64,000 nt of DNA, from NCBI RefSeq assembly GCF_009914755.1, contig NC_060945.1; one strand, given 5' to 3'. This document shows, in pieces, positions 12,651-27,149 of the stretch. The notes below the pieces were generated by a model. It saw only the letters and a program-made list of their open reading frames with translations. It did not search any database and was not told the DNA's origin. The translations under genes and the position numbers were made by a program. The stretch is from the human T2T-CHM13v2.0 reference genome, Homo sapiens. Numbering within the stretch: position 1 is the stretch's first letter; each line of letters begins with the position of its first letter.

Positions 12651-13714
12651 AAGAAATAAGACAAATGTAAACAAAACAAGAAAAACACTGACCTGCTACA
12701 CTGGGGTTCTTTGATAGAAAAGTCTGAAAATATGAGATGTTACAAGTGGATGGCTTCCTAATTCCAAGTAGAAACACTCAGATGTGTACCGTGGAAGTCA
12801 GAAAGTCAATGAGATAAACAGACTTCACAAACAAGTTTAAAAAGAGTTGGTGGCGTGAATGTCACTGGCGAAGATTTTACAACTAGCAGTCTTCGTCTGT
12901 CGCCTGGCTTTCACAGAACTTAAAAAAAGCCTCATAATTTAAGTTTGACTTGTCTCTTCGATCACTGTTACCGTGTTCTTTATAGTAAATGTAGTCAGGA
13001 TTCTTTTGTACCCTAACTAGGGCAAGTTTGTTTTTGGAATAAATGCAGCCCTCAAAATACAGAAGAACTCTGTTCCAGAAAAATTTATTTCTAGGTCAGT
13101 TGAATACAAGTTTGAACTCATTTGTAGTTGAAAACAACGCTAGAAATAGTCTTTAAGTTATTAGATGTGTACACAAATCTTACAACATAAAAGTGCTTAA
13201 GATGAATTTCACTCACAGCCAGTGACCACTTCTAACAGCAGAACTTTTTGCAGTTCGGAGAAGGAGACCTGAGACACATTTACCCTTCCTCAACCACCCA
13301 GAGGGGATTGTTTGTTAGGAGGCTGCCAAGGTATAGCCCAGGGGGTTGGAGATGACCTGATGTCATGCTGCCTCCAGCACAGTTGGATTTTGGTCCTTGG
13401 CTTTTCCCTAGTGTCATTAAACACATCCCCTAAGAAAAATGCTCACTCTTTGGCCTTTGGTCATCACTGATGAGTTCTAGATCTCTCTATCAGAAGTCTA
13501 CAGGCATCATAATTAGCTAGAAAGGGTTCTAAGCCTAAGACTCCTCCCTCTTTCTAGGATTCTGTTCAATGCAGTGTAGCCATGAAGATTCTCTCTTTCA
13601 AAAGAGACCTCACTATTCTGTCAATGGCTGGGCAAGTGCCCAAAGCCTACCCAAATGGAAGGCTTCTGAGAAGCCTGGGTGGAGAACACAGATTTGCCCA
13701 GTGCTCAGAGCTTC

Positions 13715-14183
13715 TGTGGGAGGCTGAATAATGCCTCCCCGAAGATAGCCATGTCCTAATCCCTGAAATCTGTGAATGTTACCTTGTGGCATAAAAAAAG
13801 GATCTTTACAGATGTAATTAAGAATCTTGAGATGGGCAGAGTCTCCTGGATGACCAAGTGAGTCCTAGTCCTAAGTACAATCACATGTACTCTTTGTAAC
13901 AGGGAGGCAGAGGGAGATTTGGTAACACTCAGAGGAGAAGGTGACTTGAAGGGAGAGCAAAGAGAGGTTGGAAGACTCTGGCCTTGAAGACAAGAGATTA
14001 GAAGATAGCATCCCCACAAGTCAAGGGATGATGGCAGCCACCAAAGGGTTTCCTGTTGACACCTCGATTATAGTCCAGTGATTCTAATTTCTGGCCTCCA
14101 GAACTGTGGGAGAATGAACTGCGATTGCCTGAAGGCAGCAAGTTTGTGGTCATTTGTTATAGCAGCCACAGGACATGAATACA
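13715..14183 (+). mobile_element. MLT1D-like solo LTR
   Basis: TGTGGGAGGCTGAATAATG...GTTATAGCAGCCACAGGACATGAATACA. Confidence 0.85.
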
Positions 14184-14559
14184 GCCCCCATCTGCCACCT
14201 GCATCCATCCTTGGCACTCTGGTGCATGTGCTCCGAGCCAAGTATTACCCACGTGGCTGGCTGCAAGGAGACAGAAAGCAAGGACAGGCTGTGATACCTG
14301 AGCAGGAAGAAGGACAACAGGGAAACAGAAGACCTATTGCACTGATGAGAAGGAGAAGGGAGAGACCTGCCTTTACAGCACAATGTATTAAAATATGACA
14401 CCATGAATTCCAGGTTTCCACACCGTCTCCCTTCAGGGAGAAGGAGCAGAATAGTAACAAGGAATTGAAATCTTGTGTACCAGACGATCCCATCACTGCC
14501 TTTACCACCTCCCATGGACACATTATGGACAAAGGGAGCTTGGGGCACAAATAGTCCTC

Positions 14560-15105
14560 CTTTCTCAAGCTTTATCTTGTCCTAAATTGATCTCATTATC
14601 TCCCTTGTTCTGTCTCTACCCCTCTCAACTTATGCTGCCTTCCGTGCCCCCACTTTAGTTTATAGCATCATCATCATCTGCCCTATATGTACCCAAGAGA
14701 AGTGGGACCACCCTGACTCCCCTTTTTTCCATCCTGCCCCATATCTCATTAGAAATGTAAGCCCTTTGTATTATCCACTGAACATATTTCATTGATAATT
14801 TTTCCTTTTTCATTCTCATTGTCAGTCCCTAATTGAAGTCCTCTTTCACAGGAGCTTCACCATATCCCAGTCCGATCCCACTACTTCCCTGATGGAAACC
14901 CTTCAGTGGGCTCCTGGCATGTTTCCCAGAAGGTCCCAGATCTCTGGCATCACTCTCTGTGGTTTGAACTTGCTTTCTTTCAAGATTCACCTGTAATTTT
15001 ATTCTGCTTTTCACTATAAACTGTAGACTATAGTTACACTTAAGATGTTACCATTTCCTGACCATGCCACGCGATTTCATGACACCAAGTCTATTCTCCT
15101 TGGCA
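14560..15105 (+). mobile_element. L2 fragment
   Basis: Degenerate pyrimidine-rich L2 ORF2/3' region. Confidence 0.5.
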
Positions 15106-15300
15106 TAATGTACCATGGCTTCCCCAGCAGAACTGGGGGCAATGAAGGAATGAAGCCCTACATCAGTGCTTTCCTTTAAGACTGCAGGGAAGAAACATGG
15201 AGAACAGGCATCCAAAAGGGCAGGTCACCCCGGTGGCCATACGTTGCCCTCAGTAACTTCAGCCCCAGAGTCCCCAGCAAGTCTCAAAATCAACACATTT

Positions 15301-15600
<300 letters not shown>

Positions 15601-18015
15601 TCAACACATTTGCTCCAAGAGGCTCCAGGTGATGGCTTAAACATCTGATTCACCTTATCTTTTTCTTCCAGAATGTATACATTCATCCCTTGTTTAAAGA
15701 AGTTTGGTTTACTTTTTTTCTTTAATCTACCTGAGTTTAGAAGATGCCAGTCTTTGCATTTAGTAATTGTTTTGCAGCAAGTTAAAGAAAGCAACACTTC
15801 CACTCCAAGTCTATACCACCACCTCCTTGTGCTCCTCTTCCCTGAGTGTGAGTTTCTGCAGAGAAGGCCCTCAAATCCCCCACCCCAGCACCAATGCTTA
15901 GTGCTTCCTTCCCTGCTGGAGTGTGTGCAGGTGGGTAAGGACTTTGCTTGATGGTATAGTAGATATCTTAGAACACAGTTCATTCCTCTGTCAAAATGAG
16001 TCTGCTGATATACAGCTGTTGATTAAATACCCAAGCTTTGAATTGCCTAAGCATTTTCCCAGAGGTTTTAGCCTGGAAGTCACTAAGTTGCCTGTGAAAG
16101 TCAAGATTACATTTTCCCCCGATACCAGAAGAAACGAAAGCTCATGAGTTGTTGAGTGCAGCTATGGAGAAATAGAATGTCACCTCTCTGTACAGGTAAA
16201 CTTCTTTAACCTCCTAACATCCCATTGGGCAGAAGTCATGTCTGTCCCCTGAGAAGGGATCAGCTTCTCTCCCACATGGATCACACTTTAGGTCAACTTT
16301 CGGACCCAGGTCTACACTCTTACTTCTTGGAAAGCAGGTTGTTTTATCCAAAGTGTTCTTCATGCGCCGTAGCGACTTCTGCAAGAAAAGTCTATGTACG
16401 TGGTAGGGGCTACAGTCCATCCCACGCATGCCCCATGGAAGAAAACCCTTCTGCATCCTGCTTTTCTGCTGCTGGGTGATTGGAATTCATCACTGGCTGT
16501 CTCCAGTTCAGAGGTGGCCCACAATTGTAGCAGTCCCCGTTAATGGATAATATAGGATGTTTTGCATACTTTGGCCAAATATGGTTGTCATTTTAATGTA
16601 TGAACCGACACAGTCTAAGATTTAGGTCTTTCCTGAACTTCATTCTGGCCCTATCATTTTATGCACATTCTGTAAATGCGGGGGAGGAGACAATGATAAG
16701 GAAAAAGCATGGAACTTCACAACTACAAGCTCTGAAAGGGTCTGCTCTACAGAGGATCATCAGACATTCCTGGTACATATCCTATTTGGATCACACTGTG
16801 CAACCAGTCCTAGGTCAGGTGGCAGAAAGGGTTGCCTGCCCTCTTTATGAGGAGAGGAATCTACTTCTTAACCTGCTTGCTGAACTCTTCAGTGACCTCA
16901 CCTCTGACAGCAAAGTCATGGAGATCTTTCTGGCCAGGTTTGTAAAAGTTAGGTAGCTAGCACGGCAGCTCTGAGAAAACATGAGAGTGTGTCCTGCATC
17001 CACTTTTTGGGCTCTGTAGCAAATTTGGGTGCTGCCTAAGGGAATGAAACAACCTCCCTATGTATAACCTGATCTCTCTAATTGTACCTTAATTTGCTTA
17101 TGCAGAAAATCACTGGAATTAGAGCCACACATCCTGCTCATTCTGACTAGTACTTCATCCAGCCAAGTCCAGTAACTATGGGAAGGGAAAGCAGCTGAGG
17201 GTCACTCTCTTTCGGAAAGGTTTTCATCCGCTTGCAAACCCACCCACACCTCTGCCTTCACTCCTGTAATCAAAGATGCAGATCTTTCTTAGGGCAATTA
17301 GGTCTATTCATCTCCTATTTCTATTTTCAGTGTGCCTCTCCCCGCAACACCCAAACACTCAGGTCAGTTCTTCCACCCATGAAAGCATAATGAATACTTA
17401 CCTACCTGCTCTGGGCACCTCTGGAATTTCAGCAAGCAAGTATTTGATAAGCAAAGCCTAGTTTCCTGTTAATTATACTCAGAAATATGACTCATACAAA
17501 AGAAGCACAAAACTAATTGGAAAAAGAAATAAAATTAGGCCTGAGAAAGTAAGAAAGTGAAATCATGCAATGGTAATGGGAGAAAAAAATATCCATGATG
17601 ATAAGACTGAATTAATAGCTTAGATGAGTGTGTGTCGGGGGAGCAGGGAGGGATGATACACCCAGGAAGTGATCATAGAGGGTGGAGATTTGCACTGACA
17701 TATGAGTCATGACCAAATGGAACAATAAGTTTTGTTTTATGAGATAAAATGTCCAGCCAATTTAGTCCACCATTTAATTGGTTTTACTGATTTTTTTTTC
17801 ATGGAGTTGACTCATGGTTGTCTTCTTCGTTTTCCCTATTAAATTCCTCCTCCCTATTAAATTGTCTGGTTTGCATTAAGATGATAACTGCCCCACTCTT
17901 AAAGATGATTGGAAAACTGGTACAGAGGAGAGAAATCCGTCCTGGAAATAAGACAGAATTTTCTAAAGTAGGATGATGGAGGGCCTTTCTGTACCATAAA
18001 CAAAGAAGGGAAGGA

Positions 18016-18389
<374 letters not shown>

Positions 18390-18764
18390 TTATAAACTGA
18401 TGAGTTTGGGTGCTCCTTGGATTGAAAGATTCCTAAATCAGCTAATCCCTTTCTCCTCAGAATTATGTCTTTCTGTATAGCAGTCTGTCCTCCAAGTTGG
18501 GAAACTGGGAGTTAGGCTACCTGTGTAGTCTTCTGATTTTACTAAGAAACAGAAAATAATGGAACAGGGAACACACAGAGAGGAAGGAACCAGGAAACCA
18601 GTTTTCCCCATCCTGATAGTCACTCTTCTGTTTCCCACAGCTGCTTCCTTCAGCAGTAACGTCTCACCATTGAGTGGCCAGGGTGTCCTCAGAGCCATCT
18701 TGGGTCCCTTGGTGGCCTGAGTGGGTAGGTCATAGTGGGTGTCTACCTAAGCCCAGTAGGGCCA

Positions 18765-18940
18765 ATATTTATTGAATGACTGTTATGTTTCAGGCACATT
18801 GCCTACAGTCCACTAATCCTTAGAGATGAGAAAACAGAAGATGACAAGTTAAGTAATTTTCCCTAAGTTTGGTAAATAAGGAAACCGGGATTTGAGGCTA
18901 TCTGATGCTCAATCCTGCATTATTTCTGCTAACCCAAGCT
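18765..18940 (-). mobile_element. MIR
   Basis: TTTATTGAATGACTGTTATGTTTCAGGCAC...AGAGATGAGAAAACAGA...GTTAAGTAATTT. Confidence 0.6.
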
Positions 18941-19479
18941 GTCTGTTTCATCAGGTAACAATTTTTTTTTCAGGAACTCGTTTAGATTTTATGGTTGTAT
19001 TAGGAAATCAAGCCTAGAATAATGCATAGAGTCATGCTATGCTGAGATGTTTATTAGCTTCTATTTTCAGAGAGAGCTAGATTTGCTTTTTCCTGGATCA
19101 ACTTTCTAAGTTCTAAAGCAAATGCCCCAAAGAATATTTCAGGTAGAGCTTAGTTCTCCATCTTGAAAATTCATACCACAACCCTTCTTGAGTGCCTGCT
19201 AAGAGCAGTTTCCATGTGAAGTGCTTGGAGATGATTAAAACACATCACTGCCTATGGGGCTCTCAAGGTGAAGTGAAGGGAACTCCTAGAGACCCAGAGA
19301 ACTGTACATAATGAGAAAGTGCAGTGGTGCAGCTGAGCACGGGAGCCTAGAAAGAGCATAATACCTTCAACTGCTATTGATTGAGTGTTACTCTGCTTCT
19401 CTGTCTCTGCTTCTCTGTCTCTGTCTAGCATGCCTAAGTTTGCTATTTCCAAGATCTGGATTTTGGGGTATAATGCCTA

Positions 19480-19995
19480 TCTGCTGTTTTTTTTTTTCTG
19501 TCCCCCTCTCCCCACTCTTTTTTGGCACTACACTGTTTTTCTTCTGAAAAACTGTCCTTCTGCCATACCTGGTTCATGTGACTCTGAAGTGTGGCTTGAT
19601 CCACTTCTTGGCAAGGACTCACATGAGAGGCCTGGCCCATTGGTGTATTCCACATCCCTGTCCAGTGGCTGGTTTGGGAATAGGCATGTGACCCAAGTCA
19701 GACCAGAGCAGAGTAATCTGAGGACATTCAGGGACCTATGGAGAAAGAGATACCCTCTTTATGGCTGCTGAGCAGGTAGGAGGCACAGCTGGATATACAG
19801 AGCTCCCATAGAGGACAGGGTGCCTGGGAAAGAAGCTGATGTAGAAGACAAAATGTGGGCGGGGTCCTGGTGACAACTTTGTGTCCTGGGCCAGGCCATA
19901 TTTAACTAGATGCATGGACTTGTAGATCTGTAATCCCACAAATCTCCAACACGTCCTTTACCCTATCTCACCAGGAAGAGTTTGAGTAACCCTTA
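19480..19995 (+). mobile_element. old MaLR LTR (MLT1K/J-like)
   Basis: GGCATGTGACCCAAGTCAGACCA motif; GGGTCCTGGTGACA. Confidence 0.6.
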
Positions 19996-19996
19996 A

Positions 19997-20514
<518 letters not shown>

Positions 20515-21094
20515 TTCTAAAAACCTTGGTTTCACCATCAATGGTTATTTGCAGGTCACGTCACTGGTCACTGGTGGCCTTCTCACAGCATAAAACTGTT
20601 AATGAACTGAGACTGTAGACTTGAAAAAAGTGTGAAATGGAAAAACACCAAAACACCTGTCTTCTGTGATGTTTGTATACAACCAATTATTTGCAATAAT
20701 CACAACCGGCTTGAATACAATATAAAAAGAACCTTTCCATTATACTGTTAAAAGTATACAAATGCCTCACTCAAGTCTTTCAATTAATATAAAGTATGAT
20801 TGAGAAATTAAGCTTGTTAACTTTCCACCCCCATTCACCTAACGCAACATATTCAATATCATATATAAGAAACCTAAAACCACACCTAAACATGTAAAAC
20901 TCACCTAAACATTCATGTTCTGGTGCTATTGGCTGTACAAGTATGAGGAGATAGCTTTTAAATAAAAATGGCAACATATATTAAGTATATTTCATGAGGT
21001 AAGAAATTGCATGATTACCTAAGTCCTTTTGATGTAAATTGTACCACATTTTGCCTGCTCTGCCGGTTTAAACAAATCCACAGCCCTGGAAATT

Positions 21095-21515
21095 ACTCTA
21101 GATTTGATTTTTGCGCTTCTATGCAAACTATACCACAACCCATCTTGCAAACTATACCACAATCCTTCTTGAGTACCTGCTCTAGATTTGAACTAGAGCA
21201 GGTTGCTTGGGTCCCTAGGTGTTCCCTTCACTTCATCTTAAGCGTCTCATAGGCAGTGATGTGTTTTAATAATCTCCAAGCACTTCACATAGAAACTGCT
21301 CTTAGCAGGTACTCAAGAAGGGTTTTGGTATAGTTTGCACAGAAGTGCAAAAATCAAATCTAGAGTTAACTACTCTAGCACCAAATCCAGAGTAGTTAAC
21401 ACTCTTGAATACCTGCTCTAAATTTAAACCTGAGCATGTTTAAAGAAGGTGTCAATCTGAAGAGGTAGGACCAGTCATCACTGTAAGTAATGAAAAGGGA
21501 AGTCAGTGGAGGAAC
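21095..21515. repeat. complex locally templated insertion (inverted and direct copies, hairpins)
   Basis: 21208-21331 is the reverse complement of 19173-19296; 21431-21515 matches 22046-22130; 21095-21141 is inverted relative to 21320-21366. Confidence 0.9.
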
Positions 21516-22439
21516 ATATATTTCTTCAAATACAAGAACATTCCCTTATGCAAGCTTTCCCTTCCCCAAACTCTATGCAATATTATTTGCCCAGTGGCAG
21601 GAATCATGCTTAAGCCATTAGCATCATAAATTGCTTAGAAAACAAAGTATGGCTTATTTGAAAGATATATGGAGAACTGAGCAAATTAAGTCTGTCCCTG
21701 CTGTTTTATCTTTATTTATTAATGGCAATAATTCTGTCCTAATCGTTTGTATAGCACTTAGTCAATTATGTGGCATCTAAAGCTCTTCAAGTGATTTTAG
21801 TTAATGTCTTCCTTTTTCTCCTGCACAGGCAGATGCAAATTGCTCTGGGGAAAGTTGTAAGGTCAAGGGCAGTTGTGGTTTCTGCTGTTAAGGGAATCTG
21901 TACAGTCACCCCTCTTCCCAAGACAAGAACTTAGAATTGATGAAGTAAGCAATCAACAGATCACAGCAGATATAAGGAAAGTACTTTAAAGAGACGGAAT
22001 GGTTTGCAGGTGTAGGGGATGATAATGGTAGTTTTATTGGAAGTATGAGCATGTTTAAAGAATGCATCAATCTGAAGAGGTGGGGCCAGTCATCACTGTA
22101 AGTAAAGAAAAGGGAAGTCACTGGAGGAACTTGGCTCTGTCCATCTGAGCTCTGTGGCCAGGGGAGCAGCCACGTGGGATTCCAATTGATTAGTACAGAA
22201 CAGGACCCTGGCTTTTGAGGAGAGGATTCACGGGGATAAGAGCCAGTGAACCTGCTGATAAGATCACTTCTACCAAGCACTTCATTCCTGCAACCACCTT
22301 CCTTTCTCATTTCCAGTTCCATAGTCAGCTTGCAACTTTCTGATTAGAAGGTGGCTTTTTGGGTGGATCTTTTAACTAAAGGAAGAAATGCTTTGGAATA
22401 GGCATTTTGAGTTTTAGTGTTTTTGTGATATGTTTTAAA

Positions 22440-23300
22440 AATATTTTGTATTGTGGTAAAATAACTTGTAATTATTTTAACCATTTCTTGAGTATTCAAT
22501 TCTGTAACATTAAGTACATTCACAATGTTTTGCTATCCTTATCACTATTACTAGAACTTTTTCATTATCCTAAACAGAAATCCTGTACACATTAAACAAT
22601 AAAACCCCATTTCCCTCTCCTCTCAGCCCTTGGTAACCACTATTCTACTCTCTGTTTCTGTGTCTCTGTTTGTTCCAGATATGTCATCTAAGTTGAATCA
22701 TACAATATTTGTCTCTGTGACTTTGGCTGCACTCATTTAGGACAATGTTTTCAAGGTTCACCTGTGTCGTAGCATGTATCAGAATTTCCTTTCTTGTTAA
22801 GCCTGAATAATATTCCAGTGTGTGCACATACCACATTTCATTCATCTATTAATCTGTTCATAGACATTATGGGTTTTTTCCACCTTTTGGCTATTGTGAA
22901 CAATTCTGCTATGAGCTTTGGCGTGCATGGATCTAGTTGAGTTCCCATTTTGAATTTGTTTGGGTAGATACTCAGAAGTGGAATTGCTGGGTCCTATGGC
23001 AAGTCTCTGTTTAACTTTTTGAGGAATCTCCAAACTGTCTTCCACATTGGCTGCACCATTGCATAATCCCAGCGGCAATGCACGAAGGTGCCAGTTGCTC
23101 CACATCCTTGCCAGCATTTGTTATTTTCCATGTTTTTATATTAACCATTCTAATGGCTGTGAAGTGGTTATCATTGTGGTTTTGATTTGCATTTCCTTAA
23201 TGATTAGTGGTACTAAGCATCTTTTCATGTGCTTTTTGGCCATTTGTAGATCTCCTTTGGAGAAATGTCTACTCAAGTCCTTTGCCCATTTTTAAAATTA
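22440..23300 (-). mobile_element. L1MB 3' portion
   Basis: Antisense L1 (CATTGTGGTTTTGATTTGCATTTCC; TTAAGTACATTCACAATG). Confidence 0.9.
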
Positions 23301-23751
23301 GGCCTTGTGATGTAATTTCTTTATGTGAATTTGTGTAACTTCTTCATTAATCAATGGAATTCTTAGTCAACTTGGCTGTAGGAAGGGACTGTGCTGATTT
23401 TGTTGATGCAAAGAGCTTGGCTTACTGCTTCGCAGTTACTTCTATTATAAATTAAATTGTCCCTGTAGTTTATTTCAGTTTTCCAAGCCAGATTATCTTG
23501 ATTTATGCCTAATAGGTGGATTTTCTCTTGCTGTACTGGCAAGTCTGATTCTGAACTTGTGAGGCGGTGGGTCTGAACCCAGATCATAGCATGCTCTCCA
23601 CTTTAATGAGATACCTTCTGAGGTTCCTGGGGCGGGAACTACTGGCTCTGGATATTTTCTAATTAATCTGCAAGTTTCATCGTCCAGTGCAGTGGCCAGT
23701 AGCCACACGTCATCACTTAAAATTAAATTCAGGTTAATTAAAAATTAAATA

Positions 23752-24070
23752 GGCTGTGCACTGTGGCTCACATCTGTGGTTCCAGCACTTTGAGAGGCTG
23801 AGGCAGGGGGATCACCTGAGGCCAGGAGTTTGAGACCAGCCTGGCCAACATGGAGAAGCCCTGTCTCTACTAAAAATATTAAAAAAAAAAAAAAGAAAAA
23901 AAAATAGCTGGGTTTGATGGTGCACGTCTGTAGTCCCAGCTACTCAGGAGGCTGAGGCAAGAGAAAATTGCTGGAACCCAGGAGATGGAGGAACCAAGAT
24001 CAAACCACTGCATTCCAGCCTGGGTGACAGATTAAGACTCCATCTCAAAAAAAAAAAAAAAAAAAAAAAA
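23752..24070 (+). mobile_element. AluS (small internal deletion)
   Basis: Dimer with A-tail; lacks part of GGTTGCAGTGAG. Confidence 0.92.
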
Positions 24071-24401
<331 letters not shown>

Positions 24402-24580
24402 TTAGTTTCACTAGCTACATCTCGAGCAGTCAGCAGCCACATGTGACCAGTGTCTGCTATACTGAACAACACAGACATGGAACTCTCCCATAATTTCAGA
24501 AAGTTCTATTGGACATGTTAATTTTTTAAAATAAGCATTTTTTGGAATCATAAACAATATTTACATCTAATAGAAAACAG

Positions 24581-24851
24581 ATGTTCCCCTTCCTGTGTCC
24601 AAGTGTTCTCATTGTTCAATTCCCACCTATGAGTGAGGGGCCTGTCATGGGGTGGGGGGAGCGGGGAGGGATAGCATTAGGAGATATACCTGATGTAAAT
24701 GACGAGTTAATGGGTGCAGCACACCAACATGGCACATGTATACATATGTAACAAACCTGCACGTTGTGCACATGTACCCTAGAACTTAAAGTATAATAAA
24801 AATATATATATAAATAAATAAAAATAAGTAAATAAATAAATAAAAAAGAAA
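24581..24851 (+). mobile_element. L1PA 3' end with 5' inversion
   Basis: 24581-24637 is antisense L1 3'UTR joined to sense GGGGCCTGTC...; TSD AAAACAG. Confidence 0.92.
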
Positions 24852-24858
24852 AAAACAG

Positions 24859-25025
24859 GAAACAGAGAACAAATAATAGATGGGGAAGACGGAAAAGAAA
24901 TAGCAAGATGATAGATTTAGATCTAACCATATCGATAATCACATTAAATGATCTAAACACCAAAATTAATACACAGATGTTGGCAGAGTGAATAGAGATG
25001 CTACCTATAAGAAACCCACTTTGGA
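24859..25025 (+). mobile_element. old L1M inter-ORF/ORF2-start fragment
   Basis: AGCAAGATGATAGATTTA...ATAATCACATTAAATG..TCTAAACACC. Confidence 0.7.
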
Positions 25026-25034
25026 GGATAATTG

Positions 25035-25369
25035 ACATCTAAATAACATTTCATTTTTCAGCCAATAAACGCAGTGTATCTCTCCGTTTCTTTAGGTTTT
25101 TAAATTTTATCTTAGCAATATTTTGTAATTTTGTCAGATTTGTTCCTAAGTATTTCACATTTCGGAAGTCATTTTAAATAGTATTGTATTTAAAATTTTA
25201 ATCTCCAATTCTTTATTGCTAGTATATAGAAATACAATTGGTTATTTATACTGATCTTGTATCTGCAACATTGCCAAGCTCATTTAATGGTTCTGATAGC
25301 TGTATTATAGACTCCATAGGATTTTCTACATAGATGATTTGCAAATAAAATTGTTTACTTTTTCCTTTC
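25035..25369 (-). mobile_element. old L1M ORF2 (RT region) fragment
   Basis: TTGCTAGTATATAGAAATACAATTG...GGATTTTCTACATAGATGATTTGCAAAT. Confidence 0.75.
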
Positions 25370-25689
25370 AAAAAATTAAATAAAATAAAAAATAAGCATT
25401 CTTAAAGGAGCTTTGGAAACAGGTAAATAAAACTGAACAAAACAGTAACAACCTAAAAAATGACTCCGTGATTAGGCAATGGATTAAAGAACAAAATTAG
25501 GACAGAATTGAAATAAACTCTACAGTCTGACTACTAGAAAAGTGTCCATTAGTATTCTCTGCTACAGAATCATTGTAAAATGCTCATGTTGTGGGGCCGA
25601 CGTGAGGACTCCTGAGCCTAGCACATAGTGAGCGCTGTATAAGGAGGTGACGGTCCTGAAAATGCACTGCAGAGATCTGCTGCTGCTTA

Positions 25690-26053
25690 GAGTGTAGCTG
25701 ACTGCTGTCCTCATACTGAGGTCATGCCTCCTGCAGGCAGCTCCCAGCCAACAGCAGAGTGTGGCAGGCTGTCAACGCACACACATTCCAGAGAGGCGCA
25801 GATTATTTTAACAGGTGATTTTGACTTGAGGACTCCCCATTGGCCTCCTCAAACCTTTTTGGAACTGCGCTGCAGTCCAAGACTCTTCCTAATACACTCT
25901 TTCATCCTTCCTGCTCTTCTTCCCAGATGTCAAACTTGTAACATCAATTGAAGGCTCTCCCCGTTTCCATCTCTCCTGTTCTTTCCCTCAGAAAATCTCT
26001 TGTGTGTCTAATCCTATCTTAACATCAGCTTCATGGCAGACCCAAACTAAAGC
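25690..26053 (+). mobile_element. LTR16A-like ERVL LTR
   Basis: GCTCCCAGCCAA...GAGGACTCCCCATTGGCC...GAACTGCGCTGCAGTCCAAGACTCTTCCTA...GACCCAAACTAA. Confidence 0.8.
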
Positions 26054-26899
26054 CAAGTGTTCACTGTTAGTATTACTCTCCAGAAGACATTTCTTCCCCC
26101 TTTCCCCATGAGAAGCCTCTCAGAAGCCTTCTCAGATGGAAACTCTCATGTCAGCTAAGTGACCACCATTTCCTCCATTTCAACTCACACCTTGGAGAGA
26201 AGCTCTTGTGAGCCTCTCAGATCTATCAGCACAGGCTTGTTAAGATGTCATTTTGGAGTCCTCCAGAGGTCTCTCTAATTCTAGGCTATTGGTGGGGGTT
26301 TGTTCTTTTATCTTCCATTCAGTTCCCTGAAGTACATTCCCAATCCAGATATTACTGTTGCTTCTGCCTTCTGGTGTAGGTTACTTTTCTTTCAATTGCT
26401 CTGTGTGCATAAGAACACCCTCCATTTTAATCATGTTTCATAGAAAAACCTGGAACTACTCCCCCCACCCCCACTGCCCCACGGTTTCAGAAACTTCCCT
26501 CAGCCTTCGTGTCTTCTTCCACAGCTTAATCAAACCCTTGGGAGTGCTGGAACTGAGTTCCGGTTTTCAGTCTGCTGCCCAGTCAATGCTCGTTCCTTTC
26601 TTTCTGCAGAATTTCACTAATATTACTCCTTCAGGGGCTCCCATTTTATTTCCTAGGGCCATGTCTATTCAGAATATCACCATTGCTTGCATGTAAAAAA
26701 TCCGAGATACATGCCAGTATTCCCCAGACTGTATTCTGCACAACCTGAGTGTTCTGAAAGCTACAAGACTGTCTTGAAAGCTGTCTTGTCAGATGCTGGT
26801 GCTCTGCTGACACCTTGGTCTTACCATTGTAGTAGTCTGGCTTCCAACTGCACATATCTGTGTCTCTTTGCTTTCTCTTGCTCTAGAATGCTCTGTCCA

Positions 26900-27135
26900 T
26901 GAGTGCTGCAGGTCGGATATTCCTCAGTCAGTGACTGAGCAGAAGCAGATGCTCTACCTGGGCTCTTAATTACTAGCTAGAACCAGGGTGGTGAGTCGCT
27001 TGATAACAGACCCTTTCCTGGCTGCCTTCCTTTCCTCAGCTCATGTTCTCACATACTCATTGGCATTTCCTCCAATCATTTCCCAAATAAACTCCTTGTA
27101 CTGGAATGAATAGCAGGGGAATCCAAACTAAGATA
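26900..27135 (+). mobile_element. LTR16-family fragment
   Basis: TTCCCAAATAAACTCCTTGTAC...GGGGAATCCAAACTAAGA. Confidence 0.55.
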
Positions 27136-27149
27136 TTGTTCTAGTAAGG

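Noticed and set aside
16214-16456. Integrase-like words on the minus strand (SPYH...MKNTL; SQGT)
   Set aside because: Motifs are in the wrong order and different frames, with no DDE spacing; likely chance
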